Below are positions 35,901 to 48,860 of a DNA stretch of 64,000 nt, in pieces (within the stretch, counting starts at the first letter, position 1; every line of letters starts with the position of its first letter). The position numbers and the translations under genes are program-made. Origin of the DNA: Macrostomum hystrix. Lineage: Eukaryota; Animalia; Platyhelminthes. The stretch spans positions 12,772,001-12,836,000 of the forward strand of contig CATNEN010000003.1 in NCBI GenBank assembly GCA_950097015.1. Direction: 5' to 3'. The notes under the pieces are model-generated. The model was not told the DNA's origin, did not search any database, and saw nothing but the letters and a program-made list of their open reading frames with translations.

Positions 35901-36479
35901 GTCGGGGGCGAGTGGGTCAGCGGCTAACGTCGCTGCCTCGCACTCCAAAGGACGCTAGTTCGATTCACCCTTCAAGTCACGATTAATTTCGGGACTTGTT
36001 GGGGGGGTTTGGACAGTAGCGACCGGCGGAGGTGCACCATATTTCGTGCAATCAAAGCTTGAAATAATAGCTTCGCTCCTGCCTTCTGCGTGCCTGCTTG
36101 TTTGTGTTTGTGTTTGTGCGTTGGGCCGGGTGTGAGGCGTTGTATGGGGGGTGGGGCGGGTGTGCACCAGCCATGCGTGCTCTGAGCGGCGAGGTTTCAC
36201 CAGCCGTCTGCGCGCGTGGCTTGGTCCTCTCGTCCCTACCCTTCAGGCATGTAAGTCCTCCCCTTGTTTGGTCAGCTCTGTGCGTGTACGGGCCTGGGGT
36301 GAGAGGCACTCCGGCTGCCGCCCCCTTCCCCGCTTGGCTTGCGGCTGTGTATGAGGTGCCTGTGTTCAGGGGTCTAGATGGCGCGATGGGCGACTCCCGC
36401 CTAGTTCGCCGGCCTGGGGGCATGCCGTTCCTGCGCTTGTGCGTCAAGTGCCCCAGGCCCCCCTGCAATTAAGTAAAAA
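35901..36479 (+). mobile_element. tRNA-derived SINE-like element (family C, about 580 bp, GC-rich) inserted into a minisatellite
   Basis: A-box-like tgggtcagcgg, B-box-like gttcgattc, 3' hairpin ggcctgggggca...tgccccaggcc and an A/T tail. gtcaccctacttc flanks both sides. Confidence 0.65.
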
Positions 36480-37670
36480 GTCACCCTACTTCTGACACTC
36501 CTTTACTACTGTCACCCTACTTCTGACACTCCTTTACTACTGTCACCCTACTTCTGACACTCCTTTACTACTGTCACCCTACTTCTGACACTCCTTTACT
36601 ACTGTCACCCTACTTCTGACACTCCTTTACTTCTGACACTTATTTACTTCTGACACTCCTTTTCTTCTGACACTTCTGACACTCCTTTACTTCTGACACT
36701 TCTGACACTCCTTTACTTCTGACACTTCTGACACTCCTTTACTACTGACACTCCTTTACTTCTGACACTTCTGACACTCCTTTACTACTGACACTCCTTT
36801 AATTCTGACACTTCTGACACTCCTTTACTACTGACATTCCTTTACTTCTGACACTTCTGACACTCCTTTACTTCTGACACTCCTTTACTACTGACACTCC
36901 TTTACTTCTGACACTTCTGACACTCCTTTACTTCTGACACTCCTTTACTTCTGACACTCTTTTTCTTCTGACACTCCTTTACTTCTGACACTTCTGACAC
37001 TCCTTTACTTCTGACACTTCTGACACTCCTTTACTACTGACACTCTTTTACTACTGACACTCCTTTACTTCTGACACTCCTGACACTCCTTTACTACTGA
37101 CACTCCTTTACTTCTGACACTTCTGACACTCCTTTACTACTGACACCCTACTTCTGACACTCCTTTACTTCTGACACTTCTGACACTCCTTTACTACTGA
37201 CACCCTACTTTTGACACTCCTTTACTTCTGACACCTCTGACACTCCTTTACTACTGACACCCTACTTCTGACACTCCTTTACTTCTGACACTTCTGACAC
37301 TCCTTTACTACTGTCACCCTACTTCTGACACTCCTTTACTACTGTCACCCTACTTCTGACACTCCTTTACTTCTGACACTCCTTTACTACTGTCACCCTA
37401 CTTCTGACACTCCTTTACTTCTGACACTCCTTTACTTCTGACACTCCTTTACTTCTGACACTTCTGACACTCCTTTACTTCTGACACTCCTTTACTTCTG
37501 ACACTCCTTTACTTCTGACACTCCTTTACTACTGACACTCCTTTGCTACTGACACTCCTTTGCTACTGACACTCCTTTGTTACTGACACTCCTTTGTTAC
37601 TGACACTCCTTTGTTACTGACACTCCTTTGTTACTGACACTCCTTTGCTACTGACACCCCCACTTCTGAC
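36480..37670. repeat. Minisatellite with 17-bp core (ctgacactcctttactt) plus 9-bp and 31-bp variants. The array begins at about 35852, before the SINE.
   Basis: Visible tandem array. Confidence 0.95.
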
Positions 37671-37989
37671 TTTAAAAGAAAGATTTAAGCTTTAAAACTG
37701 CGCTTGGCTACTGTGAGTAGTCGACATATTTTTAAGCAAATTAACGTAACTTTAGAAGTAAATCGTCCAATCAAAGTAATTTTGCCCCTGAATGTTACCC
37801 AAGTATTGCGGACCAGAGCTTGCCACTACAGAAGTGAGCATTGAAGGTTGGGATTGCAGTGCCAAGTCAATATTCAAGTAGATATCAATAGATTTCAAGG
37901 GCCAAAAATGTGCCATAGTAGCGATACAATACTATAGAGACAGTAACAATCCAAAACCCTTTAATGTTTGTTTTTTACAAACATTTAGT

Positions 37990-38168
37990 GACACTAGACC
38001 CGCAGTCAGCAAAGAATGCAATTCTGCCCATTTCGCTGACTCCTGAGCACACACTCACACCAGGTGTGTACATCTGCCCTGACTTTCTCATTGCCAAGCA
38101 GTGTACACTCTCACTGTGCCTTGGAGATTGGCCCTCTAGGTCGTAAATTGCACGACAAGCCCCCAAGG
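37990..38168 (-). mobile_element. SINE family A fragment
   Basis: Reverse complement matches 54404-54570 (ttgggggcttgtcgtgcaatttacg ... gaaagtcagggcagatgtacac ... gctcaggagtcag ... gggcagaat ... gcgggtctagtgtcact). Confidence 0.8.
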
Positions 38169-38434
38169 ATAGAATCACAGAATATTTAAGGTTTTGCAGC
38201 AGCCTGGTTGAAGAGAAATGTATGATTTAGCTTTTTCTGTCAACACTGCAACGACAGGTTTATGCGCAGTTGATTTTCTGAGAATCAAAATATGCGTTCA
38301 TTTTCCAATCGGCAATTCATCATTATTATTGTTTAACCTTTGATAAACTGCGCATAACTAAAAATGAAATCTAGACTTAAATTACAGGTATGAACTTATT
38401 TTTATGCTTACAGAATCCTGGCCTATATATACAC

Positions 38435-39329
38435 CAGGGGTCGGCTAACTCCGGCCCGCGGGCCAGATGCGGCCCTCGAAGCTCCCAAATCCGGCCCGTT
38501 GCCCCTTCTGACATCTGCAGTGTCTTGTTTTATCTATCTCGTGCCTAATCTCTCCCGTGTCTAATCTCTCCCCTGTCTTATCTCTCCCGTGTCTCATCTC
38601 TCTCATGTCCCATCTTTCCTGTGTCTCATCTCTCCCGTGTCTAATCTCTCCCGTGTCTCATCTCTCCCGTGTCTCATCTCTCCCCTGCCTTATCTCTCCC
38701 GTGTCTTATCTCTCCCCTGTCTTATCTCTCCCGCGTGTCTCATCTCTCCCGTGTCTCATCTCTCCCGTGTCTAATCTCTCCCGTGTCTAATCTCTCCCCT
38801 GTCTTATCTCTCCCGTGTCTCATCTCTCCCGTGTCTCATCTCTCCCGTGTCTCATCTCTCCCGTGTCTCATCTCTCTCTGTCTCATCTCTCCCGTGTCTC
38901 ATCTCTCCCGTATCTAATCTCTCCCGTGTCTAATCTCTCCCCTGTCTTATCTCTCCCGTGTCTAATCTCTCCCCTGTCTTATCTCTCCCGTGTCTCATCT
39001 CTCCCGTGTCTCATCTCTCCCTGTCTCATCTCTCCCGTGTCTCATCTCTCCCGTGTCTAATCTCTCCCCTGTCTTATCTCTCCCGTGTCTCATCTCTCCC
39101 GTGTCTCATCTCTCCCTGTCTCATCTCTCCCGTGTCTAATCTCTCCCCTGTCTTATCTCTCCCGTGTCTCATCTCTCCCGTGTCTCATCTCTCCCTGTCT
39201 CATCTCTCCCTGTCTCATCTCTCCCTGTCTTATCTCTCCCCTATCTCATATTTATACAGTCAATGCGGCCCGTTGTCGTCTTTTAGGTTCTCTCTTTGGC
39301 CCGCCAGTAAATAAGTTTGCCTACTCCTG
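38435..39329. mobile_element. Non-autonomous hAT (Charlie-like) MITE with an internal minisatellite (tctcatctctcccgtg) at about 38540-39250
   Basis: Termini caggggtcggctaact ... agtttgcctactcctg and subterminal ggcccg motifs. Arms are near-identical to the copy at 52366-52877. Confidence 0.8.
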
Positions 39330-39344
39330 ATAATTTAATAAATT

Positions 39345-39570
39345 AATAATTGATTACACCTGCCCCAATTGGGTCAGATGTGCAGCCGACAGCACAGCCG
39401 CAGCTAATGCGCGGCGCATCTGAAGGCTGCGTACAGCTGTTCAGTCCATGGACTGGGGGGACGCCACTTCAATTATCCCAGCTGATGCTGGTACCCATTT
39501 AACAGCTGGGTGAACTGAAGCAATGCAGAGTTAAGTGTCTTGCTAAAGGACACAAATTGTTCCAGTTGTT
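39345..39570 (-). mobile_element. CORE-SINE family B copy
   Basis: Reverse complement contains the CORE block tgtgtcctttagcaagacacttaactctgcattgcttcagttcacccagctgttaaatgggtacc and the shared 3' tail. Confidence 0.82.
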
Positions 39571-39974
39571 CCAGTATCAAACACACTTAAAAATGAATGA
39601 TTCAAAATTGCCTAACTGATATCTGTAATCTATCGGCAGAAACATGTTTATTTAGTAAGGTGCCTAGATCGAGAAAATCAAGCTTGCATAGGAGCGAAGT
39701 TATGTATTCTGTTTCGTTCAAAAGCGGAACTGTAATATATGGCTCCTATATGTGGTGCTATATGTGAAGATCTTATCTATTGAAGTAGCGGTGCATGACT
39801 GTAACAACACTAATAATATAAGAAGTATTATCGCACACCGCCCTATAGAATGTGTTACCGCAGTTCGCATTTTAAATTGTTGCTTATCTACCTCGTAGCT
39901 TGGAACATTGATTAATAGTCCCGGTGCGGGCTATAGGAAACTTGAGGAATGTTCCTCTTCAGTTCATGACCTAC

Positions 39975-41736
39975 CATTCTTCCTTCTTATCTTCCTTCCT
40001 TCCTTTCTTCCCTCCCTTCCTTCCTTCCTCCCTTCCTTCCTTCCTTCCTTTCTTCCTCCCTTCCTTCCTTCCTCCCTTCCTTCCTTCCTTTCTTCCCTCC
40101 CTTCCTTCCTTCCTCCCTTCCTTCCTTCCTTCCTCCCTTCCTTCCTTTCTTCCCTCCCTTCCTTCCTTCCTCCCTTCCTTCCTTTCTTCCCTCCCTTCCT
40201 TCCTTCCTCCCTTCCTTCCTTCCTCCCTTCCTTCCTTTCTTCCCTCCCTTCCTTCCTTCCTCCCTTCCTTCCTTCCTCCCTTCCTTCCTTCCTTCCTTTC
40301 TTCCCTCCCTTCCTTCCTTCCTCCCTTCCTTCCTTCCTCCCTTCCTTCCTCCCTTCCTTCCTCCCTTCCTTCCTTCCTTCCTCCCTTCCTTCCTTTCTTC
40401 CCTCCCTTCCTTCCTTCCTTCCTCCCTTCCTTCCTTCCTTCCTCCCTTCCTTCCTTTCTTCCCTCCCTTCCTTCCTTCCTCCCTTCCTTCCTTCCTCCCT
40501 TCCTTCCTTTCTTCCCTCCCTTCCTTCCTTCCTCCCTTCCTTCCTTCCTTCCTTTCTTCCTTCCTTTCTTCCCTCCCTTCCTTCCTTCCTCCCTTCCTTC
40601 CTTCCTCCCTTCCTTCCTCCCTTCCTTTCTTCCTTCCTTTCTTCCCTCCCTTCCTTCCTTCCTCCCTTCCTCCCTTCCTTCCTCCCTTCCTTCCTTCCTC
40701 CCTTCCTTCCTCCCTTCCTTCCTTCCTTCCTCCCTTCCTTCCTTCCTCCCTTCCTTCCTCCCTTCCTTTCTTCCTTCCTTTCTTCCCTCCCTTCCTTCCT
40801 TCCTCCCTTCCTTCCTTCCTCCCTTCCTTCCTTCCTCCCTTCCTTTCTTCCTTCCTTTCTTCCCTCCCTTCCTTCCTTCCTCCCTTCCTTCCTTTCTTCC
40901 TTCCTTTCTTCCTCCCTTCCTTCCTCCCTTCCTTCCTTCCTCCCTTCCTTTCTTCCTTCCTTCCTTCCTTCCTTTCTTCCTTCCCTCCTCCCTTCCTTCC
41001 TTTCTTCCTTCCTTTCTTCCCTTCCTTCCTTTCTTCCTTCCCTCCTCCCTTCCTTCCTTTCTTCCTTCCTTCCTTCCTCCCTTCCTTCCTTCCTCCCTTC
41101 CTTCCTTCCTTCCTTTCTTCCTTCCTTTCTTCCTTCCTTTCTTCCTTCCCTCCTCCCTTCCTTCCTTTCTTCCTTCCTTCCTTTCTTCCTTCCTTTCTTC
41201 CCTCCCTTCCTTCCTTCCTTCCTTTCTTCCTTCCTTCCTTCCTTCCTTTCTTCCTTCCCTCCTCCCTTCCTTCCTTTCTTCCTTCCTTTCTTCCTTCCTT
41301 TCTTCCTTCCCTCCTCCCTTCCTTCCTTTCTTCCTTCCTTTCTTCCCTCCCTTCCTTTCTTCCTTCCTTTCTTCCTTCCTTTCTTCCTTCCTTTCTTCCT
41401 TCCCTCCTCCCTTCCTTCCTTTCTTCCCTTCCTTCCTTTCTTCCTTCCTTTCTTCCTTCCTTTCTTCCTTCCCTCCTCCCTTCCTTCCTTTCTTCCTTCC
41501 TTTCTTCCCTTCCTTCCTTTCTTCCTTCCTTTCTTCCTTCCCTCCTCCCTTCCTTCCTTTCTTCCTTCCTTTCTTCCCTCCCTTCCTTTCTTCCTTCCTT
41601 TCTTCCTTCCTTTCTTCCTTCCCTCCTCCCTTCCTTCCTTTCTTCCTTCCTTTCTTCCCTCCCTCCTCCCTTCCTTTCTTTCTTCCTTCCTGTCTTCCTT
41701 CCCTCCACCCTTCCGTCCTTTCTTCCTTCCTTCCTT
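39975..41736. repeat. About 1.75-kb nearly pure polypyrimidine (CCTT/CTTT/CTCC) microsatellite
   Basis: Essentially only C and T from 39990 to 41690. Confidence 0.98.
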
Positions 41737-42292
41737 TGAGTTGCTTTCGACTGACTGTCAGTTCTACGCATTGTTTGTCTCGGATCAGTTTAGACAGAAA
41801 TTGAGCTCAGTTGTACACGCAAAACAGTAAGCAAGCTCAAATCTATTGTGTAAGATCATCAAGCCTTTGTGGGCACATTCACAACACCTTTACGTTAGCT
41901 AATTTTGAACAAAAGAGTTTCTGAATTAGAGAATAAAATAGTCACGTGACTGACCCTGAAAGCAAGCAAGTGAAGCAATCGAAGAATAGCAAGAAAACAT
42001 TGCTAAGAGCGTAGCACCCTACACTTATCTTTACCTCCACCCCGCGGTGATACGCAGAGATTTCTATTCGCGCCACTGACTTCTGTTTTACAGTCTTAGC
42101 CAGCTAAAATGTTGGTACACCCCCAATACCCTATGCAATAAAGCTGTTCTATTGGTGAACAAGCGCAAAACACTGTTGCATTCTAAAACAGGGTATAGAA
42201 TTTCAATTTATAACGTTAAGACCAAGTTTCCTTCTCGGAGATCAAGAGAGTCCCTTTGGAAATTTCTGCAACAATACATATCGGAAACAGAA

Positions 42293-43812
42293 ATGACTCT
42301 GTCGCTTCTAATTTCGCTGCTGCTGCTTAGCTCATGGCATCACGTCACAGAAGCATCTATTGAACACGGCCGATGGGACTACGAGACCAAAGGTCCAGCC
42401 ACATGGGCCAAAAATTTTCCCAAATATTGTTCGGGTCGAAAGCAGAGTCCCGTCAACTTGAGCATAGCTGAGTCCGTATTAGACAGCACATTGACTGATT
42501 TCATCTTCCGGGAATCTGAAGCCAGTGAGTTCACTGTAAGTCTAAACTCTTTTGTCTCGTTGGTCGAGCCAGCAGTCAAGTTAATTTTTCAATAAAATGT
42601 CATGCAATAACGTATAAAATTTTCAGTTAAGCCTGTCTAACGATGGTCACAAGCTGCAAGTTATCATTGGAACTGATCTCATGATCAAAATGGGCCAAGG
42701 TGACACGATGTACTACACAGCCAATCAGCTGCACTGGCACTGGGGCGCTATTGATTCTAGAGGCTCAGAACACACCATCAACGGCAAGTCCTATCCTCTG
42801 GAGGGCCACCTTGTGTTCTACAATAGTTACGAATATGACAATTTTAGCATAGCTGTTCATCGCGTTGGTGGCCTGGCTGTGCTGGGCGTGTTCTACGAGC
42901 TTTCTACCATAGACAATCCACTGCTGCTGAAACTGGAGCCATACCTCCCCCGATTGGTCAACTTTAGTGAGTGTCAATTCGCTTCTTTGATCATGAAGTG
43001 CATGCGTGCACTTTTAAACTATTCCTACTTACTCCTTCCATGAAAAGTTGAGTTGCACGCGGTTACTGCTATTCGGTTTGGGAGTAATTGTGAAGTATAG
43101 GCAGTGGGAATTACCCCGTGGTCTTCCCCAAGAGGGAAAACAGCCTTGTCTTACTACTGTCTTAAGGAGCCAACCTCCAAGGCACTGTGAGAGTGTACAC
43201 TGCCTGACGATGAGAAAGTCAAGGCAGATGTTTACACCTGTGTGAGTGTGTGCTCAGGAGTCAGTGCAATGGGCAGAGCTGCCTCCTTGCTGGCTGCGGG
43301 CGCCCACAAACCAACTGCAAAATCGAACAAATTGACTTATCATTATTCATTGTCTTATAGGCTCGTCGGTAGATGTGAAACTTCCTTCCTCCGAGATAAA
43401 CTTTCTCGACGCTTTCCTGCCCTACAACCGACGCCATTTCTATCGATATGAGGGCGGCTTAACAACGCCCACCTGCAATGAGAACGTCCTGTGGACTGTG
43501 TACAAATCACTGGCCACCGTGAGCAGCCGTCAACTCAATCTGCTCCGCTCGCTTCGCTATCCAAACGGCCACCCGATGGTGGACAATTTCCGGCCGCCAC
43601 AGCCGATCAACTCACCGCATCGACCTGGCGCCAATCGGCTGGTCTATCGCAGCTTCGATAGGAGAGACCGCGGCAAGGGAGAAACTGGATTCGCAGCCGA
43701 GAGTGGCTACACCTGCGGAGCTGTCGGTTTAGGTGGAGACGCATCCGCGATGAGAAAACTCGCTGCTATCCTCGCGCCTCTGGTCGGCCTAATGATTTGG
43801 AATCGGTTCTAG
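42293..43812 (+). CDS. Alpha-carbonic anhydrase, secreted and probably GPI-anchored, 344 aa. Exons 42293-42535, 42627-42966, 43361-43812.
   Basis: Signal peptide, WDYE, CSGRKQSPVN, NDGH, QLHWHWG (two Zn-binding His), GSEH, EGHLV (third His), GLAVLG, YEGGLTTPTCNENVLW, DNFRPPQP and a hydrophobic C-terminus. Phases are consistent (1035 nt). Confidence 0.95.
43160..43302 (+). mobile_element. SINE family A fragment in carbonic anhydrase intron 2
   Basis: ccaacctccaaggcactgtgagagtgtacactgcctgacgatgagaaagtc...gctcaggagtcag...gggcagagctgcctcc. Confidence 0.78.
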
Positions 43813-44034
43813 AGCTTGTCTATCTGAGTGAAATCGGATTAATTGACATAGGCACGCATGCGCAAAGTACACTACTGATCAGTGGACCTGCAAGTAGTGC
43901 TAAATGTAAACAACTGCACATCATTTAGTATCCTAAGATTTTTACCGTATTAGTAAGCCATTGGTAGGAACTATTGAAAGATACTAATTCACAACTCTGA
44001 GGGTACAGTCTCCATTTAAGTACTAATTTAATTC

Positions 44035-44118
44035 AGTCTCTAATCTCTCCCGTGTCTAATCTCTCCAGTGTCTAATCTCTCCAGTCTCTAATCTCTCCCG
44101 TGTCTAATATCTCCCCTG
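44035..44118. repeat. Short array of the 16-bp tctaatctctcccgtg repeat (same unit as inside the hAT MITEs)
   Basis: About 5 copies. Confidence 0.8.
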
Positions 44119-45180
44119 AGAAAGTATGGAATTGAGCAGGATTTGCCTTAGAGAGTGTGAGATGAAGTAGGGATTTCCCATTTAATTACATGGTAACTCA
44201 GCTGATATATTTGAATAACGAATTTAATCATGCCAGTTGAGAGATGACATACAAGGTGCCCGCACTAACCCTGCTACCAACATTACTGTAAGTAATGAAT
44301 ATGTAGCGCTTTGAATTTTGTTTCAAAGTTTTTTTCAACACTGAATAATGACGGAGAAACAAACAAAAATCTAAATGACTGCAGCATGTATATTTATATT
44401 TAAGCTTATATGATATAGGCAGATTATAAGCAAAGCTATATTTTTAAGTTATAATAAATAGCGTAATGGATCGCAGATCGCATACCTTCGGTCGCACATT
44501 GAGAACATTATAATGGCTTTCGAATGCTTGCAACAAAACAACTTAATTCCCTAATGTGCAGACAGCAAGGGCAATAGACAAACACTCAGACACAAATAAA
44601 ACATTCATACATTTATACTACTATAGCTATCAAATTCCGAAAGTAGTACAGCAAACAAAAAATAAGTCGAAGCACGTAGACTTCATTCTACACATTTCTA
44701 GATTATTTTAGAAGCAGACAACATACTGCTAGTAGTATTATATATCGTTTTCAATTATATTTTTTGTTCATTTCAGCTGCTTCGAAATGAAACAAATGGA
44801 ATATACGTAACTTAATTAATGATAAGATTTATCGAAACGCAATCTATAAAGCAGGTCATAATTGTTAGGATTTATTAAACAGCAAGCATCAGTATTTTGA
44901 ACTGTTAGTTTGTACTATTATAAATTCTAAATCATTCTTAAATAAGCTAGGTGCTACTCAGACTTTAAAGCAGTATGATTGGCTGACGCAAGTCACGTGA
45001 TTCGGCTGGAGGTTGGTCGTATTAATGGGGGTTTCCCCAGAACAAATATCTTCTAAAAATAGAACAGGCAAATAAAAATAGGCCAAATCGTAAAATTTAT
45101 TGACTCAACAAGAAAATTCTCTATTTAACCAAGAGAAGGGGAAGAGATAATACATAAAATTTGATTGTTAATCAACCAAG

Positions 45181-47135
45181 TCAATCAGTTTTGTCATCTT
45201 TGTGCACAACAACGCCTCTGGCGATGAGGTCTGGAATTTCAACAGCCAGCCAGGGCCCAAGCCCGAGTGCCATGGCGTGAGCTATGCCAAATTTTGGCAC
45301 ATTCCTAGCCCACAATGGCTTGAAATGATCAGTCAGGCAGATCCGGCCGCCGCGGTACATTTTGGCAGTTTTACCGTCTAACTCTGGGATAGCAATCTCT
45401 GGCGCTGTGGTTGGATAAGTCACCGGAATGTCGAACTCGACACCGAATTCGTACCTGGTCAGGTCGAAAAACTAGCCGAATAGTTTATGGGGTTTGCGTT
45501 GTTTATAAAGCCACATGTTAGACAGAGTTGAATTGTGTTAGACAGAGTTGAATTGTGTTAGACAGAGTTGAATTGTGTTAGACAGAGTTGAATTGTGTTA
45601 GACAGAGTTGAATTGTGTTAGACATAGTTGAATTGTGTTAGACATAGTTGAATTGTGTTAGACAGAGTTGAATTGTGTTAGACAGAGTTGAATTGTGTTA
45701 GACAGGGTTGAATTGTGTTAGACATAGTTGAATTGTGTTAGACATAGTTGAATTGTGTTAGACAGAGTTGAATTGTGTTAGACAGAGTTGAATTGTGTTA
45801 GACATAGTTGAATTGTGTTAGACAGAGTTGAATTGTGTTAGACAGAGTTGAATTGTGTTAGACATAGTTGAATTGTGTTAGACAGGGTTGAATTGTGTTA
45901 GACAGAGTTGAATTGTGTTAGACATGGTTGAATTGTGTTAGACATGGTTGAATTGTGTTAGACATGGTTGAATTGTGTTAGACATGGTTGAATTGTGTTA
46001 GACATGGTTGAATTGTGTTAGACAGAGTTGAATTGTGTTAGACATGGTTGAATTGTGTTAGACATGGTTGAATTGTGTTAGACATGGTTGAATTGTGTTA
46101 GACATGGTTGAATTGTGTTAGACATGGTTGAATTGTGTTAGACAGAGTTGAATTGTGTTAGACATGGTTGAATTGTGTTAGACATGGTTGAATTGTGTTA
46201 GACATGGTTGAATTGTGTTAGACAGAGTTGAATTGTGTTAGACATGGTTGAATTGTGTTAGACAGAGTTGAATTGTGTTAGACAGAGTTGAATTGTGTTA
46301 GACATGGTTGAATTGTGTTAGACAGAGTTGAATTGTGTTAGACATGGTTGAATTGTGTTAGACAGAGTTGAATTGTGTTAGACATGGTTGAATTGTGTTA
46401 GACATGGTTGAATTGTGTTAGACAGAGTTGAATTGTGTTAGACATGGTTGAATTGTGTTAGACATGGTTGAATTGTGTTAGACAGAGTTGAATTGTGTTA
46501 GACATGGTTGAATTGTGTTAGACATGGTTGAATTGTGGTGTTAGACAGAGTTGAATTGTGTTAGACAGAGTTGAATTATGTTAGACAGAGTTGAATTGTG
46601 TTAGACAGAGTTGAATTGTGTTAGACAGAGTTGAATTATGTTAGACAGAGTTGAATTGTGTTAGACAGAGTTGAATTGTGTTAGACAGAGTTGAATTATG
46701 TTAGACAGAGTTGAATTGTGTTAGACAGAGTTGAATTGTGTTAGACAGAGTTGAATTGTGTTAGACAGGGTTAGAACAAGTTAGGCAGTATTTTAGACAG
46801 AGCTAAATTGTGTTCGAAAAAGTGTGACCCTTTTAAACTCAGTACATATAGCTGTGAAAATCTAGACAATGTCAAGCACACTCGTTAGTTGTTTTGAAGA
46901 ATTACCTCTTGAGCTGGTCATAGTACCAGCACTTGCCAAACCAGCGTGTGCCCTCCTTATTGGATTCAAGCCGGAACCAATCATTATCGGCCTGCTTGTT
47001 AGTCTGCACGTACTGAATGAGGGCCTGGTATTCTTCTTTCAGCCGTTGTACCCACAGGTCTGTATCTCTGGGGCCTGCTTTTGTCTTCAGCAGGGGAATA
47101 GCAGCTAGAGTCTTTTTTGTGGCTTCATCGACCAT
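45181..47135 (-). CDS. UFC1: UFM1-conjugating E2 enzyme UFC1, 167 aa. Exons 47135-46906 and 45454-45181.
   Basis: [24 protein letters not shown]...WFGKCW then [59 protein letters not shown], with the TAK motif and catalytic Cys. Phase-2 GT-AG intron, 504 nt total. Confidence 0.97.
45515..46775. repeat. 20-bp minisatellite (tgtgttagacagagttgaat), about 63 copies, filling the UFC1 intron
   Basis: Very homogeneous tandem array with gaga, atag and atgg variants. Confidence 0.98.
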
Positions 47136-48860
47136 TGTTTATTTGATTCTGACAGTTGAGTGAGTGAATATAAACTGTCAAAGCAAAACATGGGTTAAAG
47201 CATGTCAGTGTTTGAACCGATCAAATAAAATGCCAAATAGCTGTATCTTGTTGATTAAGAGATTCAACAACTGCTAAAGTATAATACAAATTAAGGGCCC
47301 TTTTGAGCAAATTCATTGGGCCGTAAGTATGGCTAGTTAGACAAAGGTTGTTATCTAGTATCTCATTTATATAACAAACAACAGACAAGGCAAATGTAAA
47401 GCACTAGTATCAAGTGAACAAGCAATCTTCAATATGATCAGTAATGTCCGTTTTATTTATGATAAAAAAGCAAAAATAGTTTGTCAAGAAAATTTATATC
47501 AGAAAACTACATGTTTGCTTGCAATAAAATATTGAAATTTATTTTGATAAGTCACAGTCTCTAGATAGAAATATTATATAGAAAACACTTTTACCAAAAT
47601 TTCATAATAATTTAAATTGAAATAAGAGAGTTTATGTTTACTCCTTGAGTAACACATCAAATTTACCATGATTTCTTTTATGGTAATAGTTGTTTCAGTG
47701 ACAAATGAGGTTTATTTGCTGATTTTAATTTAGCAAAAAACGGGAAGGTTTTAGAATTTGTTTATAAAATTTCTGCAGACCAAAGTAGCTAAGCTAATAT
47801 TGAATTGAATGTTGGTAATTTATTTATAAGGGTGACTGTCATTTCTACCATGTAAAAAAGATAAGTGTTGATATTGTAATTTCAGTGCTACAATTACTAA
47901 TCAACAAGGCAGTGCTTTTTGACATGGTATTGTGCTAATAGCTTGTAAACTATTGCTACAGTATAGTGACAATAAGGCCTACTTATTGGCACAGAAGACT
48001 AGTGGGATTGAGCAAGGCAGTTGCCTGGAAGTTGCCTAGCAGTGCCCTGGATAGGCTGCTGTATATAATAAATTGATTCTGTAGCAATAAGATAATTAAT
48101 ATATCTTAAATAGTATACTGCTGTTGGCTGTCTAATATTAATTTAAAAATATAAACAAATATTTGCAAAGCTATTTTTAGGATCAACTCATATAGCTTTA
48201 AATTCATTTTTTTGTTATAATTTGTACTTTGATGAATGAACATAGATACATTTTTCAAACTATATCAAGCCAACCAAGTGTTTTAGCTTCTTTTTTACTT
48301 ATTCAAGCCTTCCATATTAATATCTGGGGATACATATTGCCACAGTATTAATGTAGAAGATTCAGGAGCCTATCTTTCAAATATTTTGTGCCAATAAAAG
48401 GGCTTATTGCTTTGGTACGAATCATAGAAATAGTCTGCAAATGCAATTGGTATTATTACTAGTAAGTCAGCCAAAATGAACTACATAGAGCTCTAACAGT
48501 CTAAGGTTTGAGTTTGTGCTTAAAAATTTTTAATGTAGGCCCTATATATGTATAAGGGCTTTGTCAAATTAAAATAGTTACATAAGGAAAATGAAAATAA
48601 TGGAAAATTTAAAAAAAATGGAAACAAAAAGGTCAAGATAAACAATAACACCGACATTGTATTTTATCTTTAGAAACAGTTTAATAAAACTTTTATTTGA
48701 CAAAGAACTACATTTTTGTAAAATAACAATTAATACCAATAAGTCACTGCAACAACTGACAAATGTACAACTTGACATCAAATAAAATGTCTTTTAAGTT
48801 GAATCAAATTTACTATCATTAGTTATTAATTTTTTGTAAGTTATATTCACATAAATAAAT

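Noticed and set aside
39908-41830. ORFs of about 600 aa (LPSF and GRKE repeats)
   Set aside because: Artefact of the CCTT microsatellite.
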